In this document: positions 11,621 to 24,130 of the stretch, one piece after another
Layout: each line of letters begins with the position of its first letter
Numbering within the stretch: the stretch's first letter is position 1
Origin: Selaginella moellendorffii
Lineage: Eukaryota > Plantae > Lycopodiophyta
DNA: 64,000 nt
Assembly: GCF_000143415.4 (NCBI RefSeq)
Contig: NW_003314277.1
Location: 1,392,493 to 1,456,492, forward strand
Direction of reading: 5' to 3'
Made by a program: the position numbers and the translations under genes
The notes under the pieces: generated by a model
What the model saw: the letters and a program-made list of their open reading frames with translations, nothing else
Databases searched by the model: none
Told to the model about the DNA's origin: nothing

Positions 11621-13932
11621 TGAGATTCTGTTCACAAGACAAATGGTGTCTTGTTTAATGTTTGAATGAGATTCTGTTCAAGCATGGCGTGCCTGAGCTC
11701 TATGAAAATTTGGAGGATGACGACACCCTTGACAAGCTGTCAAGGGCGATCATCAACGAGGCATAAGAAGCTTATGAACCGAGCCACAGGCAAGACATAA
11801 GACATAGTTGTGTTTGTGTCGTTCGAATTGAATCAATACATGTATGAAAAGCGTCATTCGAATGGACTCCGAAACGTTATCTTTCAAGAGTTGGAGCACA
11901 ATGGCCTTTAAACCATCGAGGAAGCTAAATCCCACAGCGTTGAGAGAGATGACACTATCTGAAGCAGCTTTCCTCATACAACCATGAGTGTCAGTCCAGC
12001 TCTTGGTTCGTTGCTTCGTCACGAACTTCACGCCCCGCATTCTCTAAAGCACTGGATTCTCACAGCCTCTGCATCTTGCACTGGAATGGCGTCCAACTCA
12101 CACAAATATGATCATGACATTTGCATGAGCAAAAAAATTCTGAATTTAGCAAAACGTAAATAAATTATAATCCAATCTTATATTACAATCTGGAGCTGGT
12201 CCATCGTAGGTGACGTCGATGTTTTTTCTTGGTCTCTTGTTCTTCCTATAACATTTTGGAGAAAAAAACTCTATTCCTGATTTTGTAATTTCTATTGTTT
12301 TTACTCAAAACTCATGGTATAAAGTTTGGAGGTACGTGATAAAGTGGCTAGGTGGTGTGGAAGATGCGCAATGTGCAAGTGGATATGGAGGATGACGACA
12401 AATGTAATAGCTAGTGCTTGAGAATTTGTGAGGCAAGCTGGGTCTCTCTCTCTTTTTTAGGTCACAAAGCAAGCCTTGTGATGGAGTGTGCTTCACCCTT
12501 CTGTTTATTTATTAACAGTGATCTTTAGAAGTGTAGGACAACACAAAAAGAAAACTAAGGGCCATGCCTTCATAAACGAATGAGAAAAACTTACTTGTGT
12601 TGAGCGTGATGTTGATGACCTCCCTCCTGGGCCCAAACATCTGCGTGACTCTCCGCTGGTCCACTTGCTTCAAGCCACATCAGCAGTTCGATCAATCGGG
12701 AAGGCATCCCCTAGCATCTTTGGCTAAAGAAAATGTTCTACATATTATTGGCGGTGCCAATTTTGAATAGTCATTGATGATGGCGGGAAAAATATATTTT
12801 CGTGCAAGCTTAAGTGTCACACCAGGGGTGAGGAGGCAGTACTTTGCTTTGACAAGCAACCAGTGCCCGCTTCCACACCAACACAGCACTGATCCACACA
12901 TTGCCAGCCCATGGGCTTGGCATTGATTGTTGACCCATCCAGTTTGTATATACTTATAAATGCTTTGTTGATCTTGAACAAAAATCTCATTCTAGGAAAG
13001 CAGGTTATTCAAAGCATGATGTGGCTCTATATACTCTTTGGAATTAAAAATGTTAACTGCAATTTTAATTTTTTTTGTGTTTTGAAGTACAAATTTTATA
13101 ACTTCTCATTTGGGATTTACTTTTATTACACAGCCGGGAGTTCTTGTAGCGATTGCAAGTACTGTATCTAAGGCAGCTTTTGCTACCAGAATCTTGCGAG
13201 TCACAGCTTGAGTGCCTTTTAGGCAGGCTTCTAAATATCATCCTCATGGACGCATACCAGATCACAGTGGGCTGATGTTTCTATCTTGTTGTGTGTGATT
13301 GCAGCGCTCGAGCAAAGCAGTTTTATTTTTTGCATCATCCCCTCGTACATGTACGCACACATACTTTCGGGAGAGGCGGCTAACCAGGCCAACTTGGCCT
13401 TGATGCAAAGCGCCCAGACTCAGAGCTCTTCCACCCGGCGCTCACAGCCCTCAGTGTGACTGTCCGAGAGGCCGTTGTTCCTAGTGCTGCCATCAACACG
13501 GAGTTGGTAGCAAATGTTCCAGTCAGCAAATGATTCGTCCATTGCCTACTGCTCCAGAGGTTGCTTCCGCCAATGCCGTCACCATTAGAGAGGTGAGAAA
13601 GTTCATAGTTCCCTCGGTTTTCTTGCTTAAAGTTGCTTGAGCAGGCTTTAGAGGCCGCAGGGATGGGAGCAATCGACCAGCCGATTGAGCTCCAATGGGT
13701 GGCGCTCCTTGTGGACCATGCTATGGCCGCTGCTGTGACATGCCTGCTGGCGTTCGCCTCCAAAAAGCACTGCGCCACCTTCTTCCCGTCGGGTGGGCGC
13801 AGCGCCACCGCTTCCCCCTGGTTTGAGCTGCCAGCAAGCAGCAGTTGCCAAACACAAAACTCCTTCCACCCTTGTCGAGATTTCCGCAAAACCCTAGGGT
13901 CCAGCCCTAAATTTCTAACTTTGGCTGTTCCC

Positions 13933-15420
13933 ATGTCGGCGCACGGCAAGCGCAGGAAGAAGAAGCTTGCGAACGGCGCTGCCGCCGTGGGGGCGATAGA
14001 TTTCAGGGATATGGTGGAAGTGAGTTGTGGCAAGGATGTGTTGGAGAAAATGGAGCAGCAAAAGAAGCGTAGATTAGGCGAGCAGGACCTCCTTGATTTC
14101 GTGAAGTACCTTGAGGCTGGAGTACAGAGCAAATACGAGGAACACACCAAGCGGCTCTTTGCAGTTTCCCCCTGTTCGATCACCGAGATGGAGTTTAAGT
14201 TGAGGTTTGGACTAATCAGGCAATTCGCCGGGTCACCACCCTACGACAGGTAAGCATTCTCGGTTTTTGGTCGGGATCTGTAGTATTTTCGTGCAGTTTC
14301 AGGAACAAGAACATGAACATGCAGCCTGACGCAATCAAGCTCGTGGCAGCCTTGCATCAAATGGAAGTTTTGAACTCTTTCAAGGCAAAAGGGGATCCCA
14401 GAGCGGACAGGGGCACGGAGGATCTCGTGCTGTGCCGTTTCCGATACTTCACGAAGCCAAGGAGTCGCACAGGGACGAGTGATCTTTTGGTTGTCACCGA
14501 TTATGGCGACCGCGATAGACCGGCTAGAGAAAGAGGTGATTTCAAGGTCTACGTTTTTAAGGATGGGAGTCAAGTGCTCCGCATGGTGGTCGATTGCAAG
14601 ACTTCACCCCAGGCTCGGGATATTTTACAAGCTGCCATGCATGCTATACCTGAGGACGACAAGGAGCGATGCCCTGTTTACCTCATGCTGTGGTCGGGTG
14701 ACGGCTGGTACCATGGGATTCTAGAGATTGACGGATTTGTGTACGTGAATAATGGAGCTCTTGTAGAGCCCTCCCTTAGCGGTAAGTGGGATTGTGATAA
14801 AACTACCATCTTCTTGCTTGCTTTTGCTTTTGCTTGGAACAGGCTTTCCGGATGCTATCCCCGCTGAACAGATGGATCCAAATGGTGATTTTGTTGCCAA
14901 CTTCACGCCTAGTGCCACAAAAGCACAGATTCGAAACCGGTATGCTACGTGGAAGGTCGATATGGACGACCGAAAGCTCAATATCCCCGATGGCTATCAT
15001 CCGGTGGGAAAGCTCTTCAGGATCTGGGAGGTTTGCTTTTCAATCTGTTGTTGCGATTGCTATGCTGGTGTGCTTTGTGCAGGCCCATGATTTCCCCATG
15101 TTTTCAGAGGATGCAAGCCTGACCGAAGGGAGTCGTCTCTTTTATGAAGGCTTCCTCAAGATCCTCGTCGGCCGAGAGGTTGCTTCTTGGGACCGTGACA
15201 AGGTCATCTCAACTGTTCTCGGTTTCGATTTTCCTTTAACGTGATGTGTGGTGTGCTACAGGTCCGGAGCAGGTGGCGCGAGAGGTATTTGGAGAAGGCA
15301 GAGCTCAAAGTTGCACATAAGCTTTGTGCTCGGGACGATTTGGTGACCCTTTGGTCGGAGCTGGCGGAGCAGATGGCTGCGAGCGAGGAACCACTCAATG
15401 ATGACGGTGCCTTCGAATAA
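13933..15420 (+). CDS. Uncharacterised 5-exon protein with candidate PD-(D/E)xK (restriction-endonuclease-like) motif
   Basis: Exons 13933-14249, 14297-14781, 14843-15030, 15083-15202 and 15262-15420 join in frame through four short GT-AG introns to a TAA. Basic NLS-like N-terminus (KRRKKK). Motif RGDFKVYVF...RMVVDCKT...ILQAAMHA. Confidence 0.75.
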
Positions 15421-15693
15421 ACATCAACAATCCCAATGCTTGATACTGATACTGGTTTTTGCTGTGCCAATGATTTGTAATATGTTGTTTTGAAAGTTAT
15501 AAATGACCTTGGCAATCAAGGAATTGTGTATGAACACCTGAGTCTTAAATATGAATTTACGAGTACTTGCCCAGCAAATGCTGGGTGGTTTACAAAGAGG
15601 TGGACGCACCATAAATATATTTCTTACCTGAACTTAAGCACTTGTATGTATCTTTCTCATTTTCTTGGAAGTTTTTGGACCTGTTGTCCTTCA

Positions 15694-16200
15694 AGTTACT
15701 GGACAATAATGGCTTCTCTGGAGAAGTTCCTGATGAAATTGGAAACTTTTCCAAGCTGGCCATCATGTAAGTCATTGATGGCTAGAATACAATCTCGTGT
15801 AACAGTGTATTTTCAGGAGACTTGACAAAAATTGATTTGCTGGATCACTGCCGAGCAGTTTGGGGCAGATATCAACCCTCTTTGAAATGTAAATAGCTAA
15901 TATAGTAACTACTTTGAACTCAAGTTTTGTTTCATTTCTCTTTGAAGTGTAAATAGCTAATATGGTAACTACTTTGCACTCAATTTTTGTTTCATTTACA
16001 GACACATCAATGATAACACTTTTACTGGAACATTACCTGATCTAAGCAGGTTGAAAGCTCTCCAACTAATGTAATATTTCTTCTTAACTTGGAGTTGACC
16101 TGATGCATGTGTGTATGCGTAACAGAAGCGTTGGAAACAACTCCTTTTCTCCTCAGCCAGTTCCATCATTTGGAGGCTTTGACTGAACTCCAGACAATGT
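15694..16200 (+). pseudogene. LRR receptor-like kinase fragment (one LRR per exon), disabled
   Basis: Exons LLDNNGFSGEVPDEIGNFSKLAI; RLDKN*FAGSLPSSLGQISTLFE (in-frame stop); HINDNTFTGTLPDLSRLKALQL; SVGNNSFSPQPVPS (frameshift). No TM or kinase domain follows. Confidence 0.85.
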
Positions 16201-16451
16201 AGGTGAATTTTGTTAGTTTAACATGACCATACTAAACAAATTTATCTTAGGATTGATTCTGGAATGCTGACTATAATGTCATACATCTATCCATGGGCTA
16301 CCGCAACAAACTGATTGATGCCAGCTTTCCCATCCTTTCCCAACAGTTGCTACACATCATAGAATACAAAGATATTCAAACTTACGGTAGGAGCTTCGCC
16401 ATGCTTGTGAAGTTTTGAAGTTTCTGAGCTGAATGTTCCTCCCCCTTGCAG

Positions 16452-16675
16452 GATTTGCAAACAGCGACACGGCCTGCTGTGGCGCTGGTGGCCCATACAG
16501 AGGTCTGATCTCATGCATCCCTTCTGTCTCGGTTTGCTCCAACAGGACGGAACATTTTTTCTGGGATCCATACCATACTTCGGAGGCCGCAAATTACGTG
16601 CTTGGAAAAGGAATCCTGGAAGGGGATCAGTCTGTAGTTGAGCCCATAAACGTTCGGCAGCTAGCTCGTTTGTAA
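16452..16675 (+). pseudogene. Orphan last exon of a GDSL esterase/lipase
   Basis: Acceptor cccccttgcag then GFANSDTACCGAGG...CSNRTEHFFWDPYHTSEAANY...PINVRQLARL* (block V DxxH). No upstream GDSL exons seen. Confidence 0.85.
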
Positions 16676-17639
16676 CTGAGCTCTGCTGGAAACTCCTCTT
16701 GCATTTTCAAACTGTACACAATCTGCTAGCAATTCATTTTAATTCTTGAATCATAAGATTACCTCGACTGTTTACTTCTTCTGTACAGACTCCTTCGCTT
16801 GTTTTATGAGTTGGTCGACAAAACTGTCTATAGTATTGTACCACTGACCCAAGGCCTCCTCTAATCGGGCCTTACCGTTCTCATTTGTCAGCGCGTTTCC
16901 GTCAACAGCGCAACCTGGAATTGCGGAAGTGGCCAAAGAGCTCGTGAGGCAGTGGCGAACAGGGATCGAGTTGGAGATGAGCCAATTTGCCTCTCACAGG
17001 AGCCCTCTTGCCTTCCCGGCCACGCGTGAGCCATGGAGCCCTAGGAGTGCATGGCATAACACTTGTCACCACGCCCTCTTGCCTTCCCGGCCATGCGTGC
17101 ATCCCGCCCATTGGCCGCCACAACATTGAGCTGATATTCCCGCTAACCATGGCCACCGGCCCTGGCCCGAGCCTGGGCTGGCCTCCCCTTGCCGAGAACC
17201 ATGGCTTCCGAGGCTGCCCCGGGCCTGGGATCGGACGGCTGCGGGGGTGTGGGTTCTTCGTTCTTATTATTATAGATAAGGTGAAAACTATAAGCTTTAA
17301 TTAATAAGGATATACTTAGAATTACTTGGATATTCTAGGACATTCTATCATTTAATACTTATTATTCATTTAGACTAATCTTGTATTTATAATTTATACT
17401 AAGCATTTCCTAGTATATTCTAATTTATTTTACCATCTAATGGTTGATATTCAAAAATATTATACTTGTACTTATAAATTATAAACATGTTTATAATATA
17501 AACTTTCATTTGATCAATTGGATTAATAAATAGGAATAACAATACTATTAAGCAAACCAAGTGTTATTGCATGCAATGCACAAATTTTTTTTTAGTAGTA
17601 TATAAAGAAAAAATAATTTTTTTTATGAAATATTGTTTT

Positions 17640-18533
17640 TTAAATATTACATTTATCATGATCATAAGTATTTAATGCCCACCAGATTAAATTTGGTGCT
17701 TCTGATTTATATATTACCATATTACAATCATTTTGTATTGTAAGAAAAGTGAATATAAAACAATTAATACAGAATTTATCATTAGACCACATTACTACAT
17801 TATTTTCTGTATATAAAACAAGATGACCATCATTTTGTAAGATAAGAATACATAAACCAAAATATTCATTTATATTGTTAGATGTCCATAAAATATTTTT
17901 TCTAGAATAAAGAGAAACTTTACAATTTGATCTTACTAGTAAAACATTTTCTCTATTTGTAGAAACTATAAATTGACTTGTATAAAGTTTATTATTGCTA
18001 AATCCTGCACTCAAAGTTGTTAATGTTAAATCACAAATATATGATATTCCACTTAAGTCATTATCTTTAAATCTATTCTGAAATAAATTATTATCTCGCT
18101 GATGTGGAGTTAAAAATGCATTATATTCAAAATTATAGCTCTTTGATGTTATTCTACATTCTTCTGCACGTGCTTTTACTATAGCATTACGATTATGAGT
18201 ATATATATGTCTTAGAGCATTTCTTAATGCACCTCCATTAGTTGTATTTCCTGACATTTTTCCTGATGAACATACAGGTGGATTACCTTCTAAACGCTGG
18301 AATAAGAAAACTACAGTTATTCTATTATATTCTACAATAAAAACATTTTGGTAGGTTGAAGAATATGGATAATTTCTTGATTTAATATGTGATAACAGAT
18401 TTCTAAATCCTTCATCAATAACCATTCCAACTTCATTATCAGTTAAAAAGTGTTTATTTCCAAACTTTATATTAGATTTTTCTCCTAAAATTAAAATAAA
18501 ATGTAGGAAAGTGAAAATTACTCTAAGAAACAT
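17640..18533 (-). CDS. Secreted protein: unknown N-terminal domain + bulb-type (GNA) mannose-binding lectin domain, 297 aa, intronless, very AT-rich
   Basis: Hydrophobic N-terminus. C-terminal B-lectin pattern ILWTSN...CILILQNDGHLVLY...VMWSN...LTIQNDCNMVIY...WALNT. Uninterrupted ORF in roughly 25% GC DNA (by-eye counts of sample lines). Confidence 0.88.
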   Translation of the reverse strand: MFLRVIFTFLHFILILGEKSNIKFGNKHFLTDNEVGMVIDEGFRNLLSHIKSRNYPYSSTYQNVFIVEYNRITVVFLFQRLEGNPPVCSSGKMSGNTTNGGALRNALRHIYTHNRNAIVKARAEECRITSKSYNFEYNAFLTPHQRDNNLFQNRFKDNDLSGISYICDLTLTTLSAGFSNNKLYTSQFIVSTNRENVLLVRSNCKVSLYSRKNILWTSNNINEYFGLCILILQNDGHLVLYTENNVVMWSNDKFCINCFIFTFLTIQNDCNMVIYKSEAPNLIWWALNTYDHDKCNI

Positions 18534-19248
18534 TTTATCTCTGTAAATTAGTTTATAAGAAATTATTTATAAATAAACATAAATCTATCTTATTAATTTT
18601 TTTAATATATACTTAATTTTTTTTTTAGATATTTAGAACTTTAGAAGTAAAGTTATCCATGCTCCACCGCGTGATTCAGTGTAGGCTAAGTGTGACATAT
18701 GTGGCAATAACATTAAATAAGAATAACTTCTAACACTAGGCAATATATAATAAGCAATTTGTAATGACAGTTTTTGAGGGGAGGTGTACATAGAGTGGGC
18801 ATCTTGGCAAAAAATTATAAAAGCCTCCAAAATATATGAAAGAAAACAAAATGTATACTTAAACTGTTTTAACATATATGTGTGACTCAAATTAATATTT
18901 TGAACACAACTTTTTTTTATGCATGGGCATACATTGGTGCCTGCCATGTATGCATAACAAAGTCCTGGTTAGTGCCATATATGCAATTTTTTGTACTACG
19001 TAAATTTAACTCCATATTAGTAAGGTTTAAACTTAAGGCTTATAGATGTGATGTTTTCCAGCGTGAAATCTAGATTTTGAGTGCATTTTAGATGCCATGG
19101 GCTAAGTTTGCCATTATTGTGTATTTGGGGTTGTTTTGTTAGTGAGGGTAATGAAAAGCACTTTGCATAAAAAATCATTATAATGCCAAAAAATTTAACA
19201 CGTGATTAAGAATTTGAGAAATTAATGGAGTTAATGGTTTATTATAGC

Positions 19249-22200
19249 TATAACAAAATCCACTTACTCGCAGTGTATTTGATCCATTTCAAATCCACTT
19301 GAGAATAAGCAATACAAGATAACATTAGAACTACTTCAAGCCATACAATCCAATAGTCCTATACTAAATTCTTAAAGCTATGTGATTGCTCTCAAGACAT
19401 GCTAAAGCTTTGTTGCTAGAGAAAAAAACAAGATGGATGGAGGTTTTGTGAAGTTGGTAGCACTTGAGCAAGGCATGGCTTTGCACTGGTAGGTAGCTCA
19501 AAGCAAGAAAAACAATAGTGGGGACTTAGAATTTGCAAAAGTGTTGAGGCCTAACTACTAGGATGAAGAGCTTATATAGAGATTTGTTAATATGGACTAA
19601 AGAGCAACCAACATGCATAGTCAACTTCTATTGCAAAGTTGGAAGTGTAGTTTTGGCTCAATAGGCTTTCAACTCAATATTGTTGAAAGATCTTGTGACA
19701 TAGATGGTAGTTATAGTTGAATATAGTTGCCAAAGAAATACTACCTCCATGTTTGAAAGCTTTCACAACATACAAGATCTCAACCTTCATCTCGATAGCT
19801 TTATATTCTTCTTGATCATTAGCTATATAAGGCTTATGAAGTAGGGGAAGGAATGCTTGTATGCAATGGAAGCGAAATATGGGATTTGTCATAGGTGTGA
19901 GCATTATTATAGAGTGATTGAGTTTTTGGGATGAGTAAAGGATTGGCCAAGAAATATTTTTAAATACCTAAAATCACATTTGCAACATTCTCCCTCCTTT
20001 AGGGAAGATCATCATTTTCATTGATTCATATCCAAGTTTAGCAAACCGTCAAGGAAACAACTCCAAAAATTAATAGAAGGCACATTTTGTGAGAAACACA
20101 TTGACTTAAATGGCACTGTGGAAAGCACTCTTTTCTGCTTCTAAAAACATTAAGACTCAAACACCCTCCAACTGTTACCGACAAAGAAATAAGTAATAAA
20201 ATTAGCCACCCTTGTTGCTTTGAGCACCACTCCATTTATGGAAGAATGATACAACCCTGCCCAAACAGAGAGAACTTGAGCATAAATCAAACTTATCTAG
20301 AAGATTTACACAACTATTATAAATTGGCAAATAAAATTATTTATATCAACCTGATAAAAAATTAATGAAAGAAACTTTTGATTGAAAGAAATGTATTACT
20401 TTATTGATTTGTAAGATTACAAAGGCTTACAAAAATATTTTTTATTACGAGTTTCATACTCCATGACAATCTCATAAGCATGGGTAAGATTATTTAGAGG
20501 CTCCCAAATAGATTCACATATTGGGTAATTATGCCACTTGACAAGCTATCCAAAATAGTTTGTTCACCATTAATGACCATTAGTGGGGGATGAATGGCCA
20601 TATAGCATTTTGTAGTAGCATGACATGGTATTAGTAAATTGACATAAAACATATTTTGGATATGGGATAACTTATTTGGAAGATCCAACTTATAGGATAT
20701 ATTACCAATTTGGTTTAACATTTGATAGAGACTAATATCTCTTGGTGATAGACCCCTTAAAAGGTAAATTTCATAAGGATAACCACACTTGGTCCCCTAT
20801 TTGATAGGTTACATCCTAACAATATTAATCCTTAACACATTAATATCTATCTTAAGCTTTGCCCATCACCTCATTTGCTCTAGACTAACTTTAGTGTAGT
20901 TGTTCTACATAAGTTAAGACTAACACTTTAGATATTAGTTTTGGGATAACAATTTGTTAAAGAAGCCCACAAGTATTCCCTTTTAGTGTCTCCCATGGAG
21001 AATACTCTATAGTGTAATTTCTATTGTGTCAAAATCCTTAGTTGTGTTAATCCACTATAAAATAGGACTGCAGATAATCAACATTTTTGCATTCGGTCTA
21101 CCCATTTGTTTGAGGATGATAATCTATACTAAACTTCAACTTGGTATTATTACAAAAATTTCCCATAAATCTCAAATTTCTATCCAAAATCATCTCTTTA
21201 GAAAGTTCACAAACTTGTACTACTTCATGAAAGAACTTTGCCATTTACTTTGCATCACTATTTCCATAGTTGGAATGAATTGACAATTTTCAACAACCAA
21301 TCCACAACAACCATCAAAGTGTTATAACCTTTAGACTTCGATAAACAAATGACAAGGTCAAGTGTCACACTCTAAAATAGTCATGTTTGGTATTGAAATA
21401 CATTGTAACTTCCCAATCTGCTTCTTAGTTCTTCTCTTATATTTAGTAACTAGGGCAAGAACAAACAATCCATTTCATCACTTTCCATACCAAATTAAAA
21501 AAATCCCTTTTTCTTAATGAGGCAAGAGTCTTTTGTTTACTGACATGTCTAGTTGCTAGAACATCATGATGTTCCCACAAAAACAATTGTCATTGGTCCT
21601 TGGACAGAAGATACAATCTTTCTTGCTTATAATAAGCCCATCTTTAACTGAGAAGTGAAGCTTTGCATTGGTATGACTAGTAGCTTTCGTTGCTTGGCTA
21701 CTAGGGTTTTGCTTCAATAACTTCACATAATGCAATATCACCTTTGTTAATAGACTAACTCTATGCGAAGCTTGAACATCCAACCAACCTTGCTGATATT
21801 GTCTAGAACTAAGTCTGACAACTCAACCCAGATTTATAGATGATTTCAATATTGAATCTAATGAGTTTCTCTTGCCAACGAGTCTGCTTCGGTTGCATTG
21901 CAAAATAACTTAGTGTGTTACTATCTATATAAATTTTTATATATCCACCCAAATAATGTTTTTAATGTTCCAATGCCAACACTATAGTAAACATCTCTTT
22001 CTCATGTGTAAGCTATCTTTATTTAGCTTTATCCAATTTTTTGGAGTAAAATGCAATAGGATAACTATGTTGCCTTAGCATAACACTAATCAAATTTAGC
22101 ATCCCAATATTTCAATGAACACTTTTGCAATTGAAAAAATATATTAAGATGACCTTTTTGACCTCAAAATATGACATAACTTTGTCTACCATTATATATC

Positions 22201-22300
22201 CTTTGGATATACTTGTTGAAGCAATCCATACCAAACACCATATGAAAGTTTAGTATCTTCAACACTACTAAGTTTAATAATTCTTTTCACTTATTGAAAC
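19249..22300 (-). mobile_element. Old degenerate Ty3/gypsy element: RNase H/integrase/GPY-F remnants, PPT and 3' LTR (~19249-19987)
   Basis: Minus strand YPIAFYSKKLDKA...THEKEMFTIVLAL (RNase H, ~21950-22100) and SYKLDLPNKLSHIQNMFYVNLL (~20640-20710). Purine tract aaaggagggagaa directly before TGTTGCA at 19987. Confidence 0.75.
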
Positions 22301-22301
22301 A

Positions 22302-24130
22302 TATAAATGACTAATTTTTTAATTTTATTTTAGTTACTTAACCACACTTTCAACCTTTTGGAGGAGTCTCACTCACAACTTCTATAAGTCCCATTCATGA
22401 CTTGGGGATTTGCCAACCTCGTGAATGGCATCTATGCCACTTTGCCTTTGCACTTGGTTCAAATGCTTCACGTGTTTGATCTCACGACAGACACCCAAAG
22501 GTACTACTAACATATCAACCTGTTATGTTAAAGCCATGTTTATTTACCTTTGTCTCATTGTAGTCCAAGACCACCTATACTATAGTCCTATGTCCCAAAG
22601 ATTGGGCCATTCATTCATGAGTGGTCATCCTATAACCACATCTTAGCATCCTTAAAATGCCTAAAAATATAAGGATCACCTTTCACTAATATCATTTCTT
22701 CAATCTTTATTAAGTTTTTCTCTATCTACGACTGCTCGCTAACACTGCCATTAGGTTAGGGCTCGAAGGCCCAACCACTAAGTCTAATTGACCTCTAGAA
22801 TTTCTTCACCACATAATTGTATTTTTGGTCACTACATAAGAGGATTACTTCTCTTCCTTTTTTAATTTTTATTCCATATAGGCTACTTTTGCCCTTCAAA
22901 ACTATCCTTTTATATGATGAGAATATCAATTCATCCTTTAAGTACACCCACAACACTTTGGGTTGTTCCAACATTTATTATATATAGCCCCAGTTACTAT
23001 TTCAAGGACCTATGTCCTCATTTATATTTGACATCTCGCAGTCATCAACTTTAGTCTCAAATTCATAAACACCATCCTCGATTATATAAGGATAATCCTT
23101 TGACTCTTTTATTGTTTAGGAGTCTTTATCCTTCTTATGATCTCAACTACTATAACCATATTAACCAGGTTGCTAAGTCAAATATTTATATGGATCACAT
23201 TCTCAACTCTTTGGGAAAAACATTCTACTGTTCTCAAGATCCCAAAGTTGTTCCCTTAATAGCCCCTTTCTATTCACCACATTGCTTATTAGTTCATGCA
23301 TAAACTAAAGTGGAGAGCCATGTCCTTCCGACATGCTACTCCTCAAATATAACCTTATATAAACATCCAAAAAAGAAAAACTTGATAAATGATTTATTGG
23401 GGTTTAAATATAAAAGAAAAAGGGCTATGAACAAGATTGCACCCCAAGTTGGTTAAGGGTTTTGGGATATTTTGGGTTAAATATCATTGAGTTTGAATAA
23501 TATTAAGTTGGATAAATCCAAGAGTTCACATTTGGTATTAGAGATGTCTCGGGTCCGACTTTGTTAATTAACTAGGGGAATTACATATGGTATCAAAGAT
23601 GTCTTGAGTTCGACTCCATTAGTCCAGCTAAGCTTGACTCAAGGGGTAGGATGTCAAGAGTGTGGGGCTCTTAAGAGAGCTGCAACTCTTAACTTTCATT
23701 CATAAGGGTGTGAACTTGTAAGAAAGTGTGATAGATTGTAATCAACCAAAAGAAAATAACTCAAGAAACAATCTATTAGGGTTCAAATATAAAGGGAAAA
23801 GACCATAAACAACTCTTTTCCAATTAATTAAGGGTCTTGGAATATTTGAGGTTAAATGTCCTTGGGTTTGAATAGTATTAGGTTGTGTGACCTTCTAGGA
23901 ACTCCAAATTCAGGAGTTTATACCCCATTCATGGGACTTTCAAATGTTAATATCAAATAGTGATATACTTAACTGCCAATAAAAGTAAAAATAAAGAACA
24001 AACAGCTCCAATACTAAATTATAAGCAATTATTTTTTCTATTCTACTTTAGTCATTTAACCACACCTTTGACCTCTTGGAAGAATCTCATTCACAACCTT
24101 TATAAATTTTATTCCTGACTTCGGGACTTG
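22302..24130 (-). mobile_element. Old, internally deleted copy of LTR family A (LTR end, PBS-proximal internal sequence, second truncated LTR)
   Basis: 22302-22870 and 24021-24130 are diverged matches to the family A LTR end (tgtaagcgactaatttttcc...). 22910-23350 and 23910-24020 match the A internal region next to the PBS. Confidence 0.75.
23365..23890 (+). mobile_element. TRIM-like miniature LTR element remnant
   Basis: Direct repeats 23365-23530 and within 23652-23890. CA then PBS-like TGGTATTAGAG (23533) and TGGTATCAAAG (23588). PPT AAGGGGTAGGA (23641-23651) followed by TG. Internal region only ~120 bp. Confidence 0.6.

Noticed and set aside
13380-14183. 267-aa minus-strand ORF
   Set aside because: Antisense shadow across the REase-like gene and a duplicated fragment; no independent coding signal.
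17568-17600. Degenerate Helitron 3' end (catgcaatgcaca...gtagt)
   Set aside because: Needs several assumed CpG-decay changes and lacks CTRR; not supportable without other copies.
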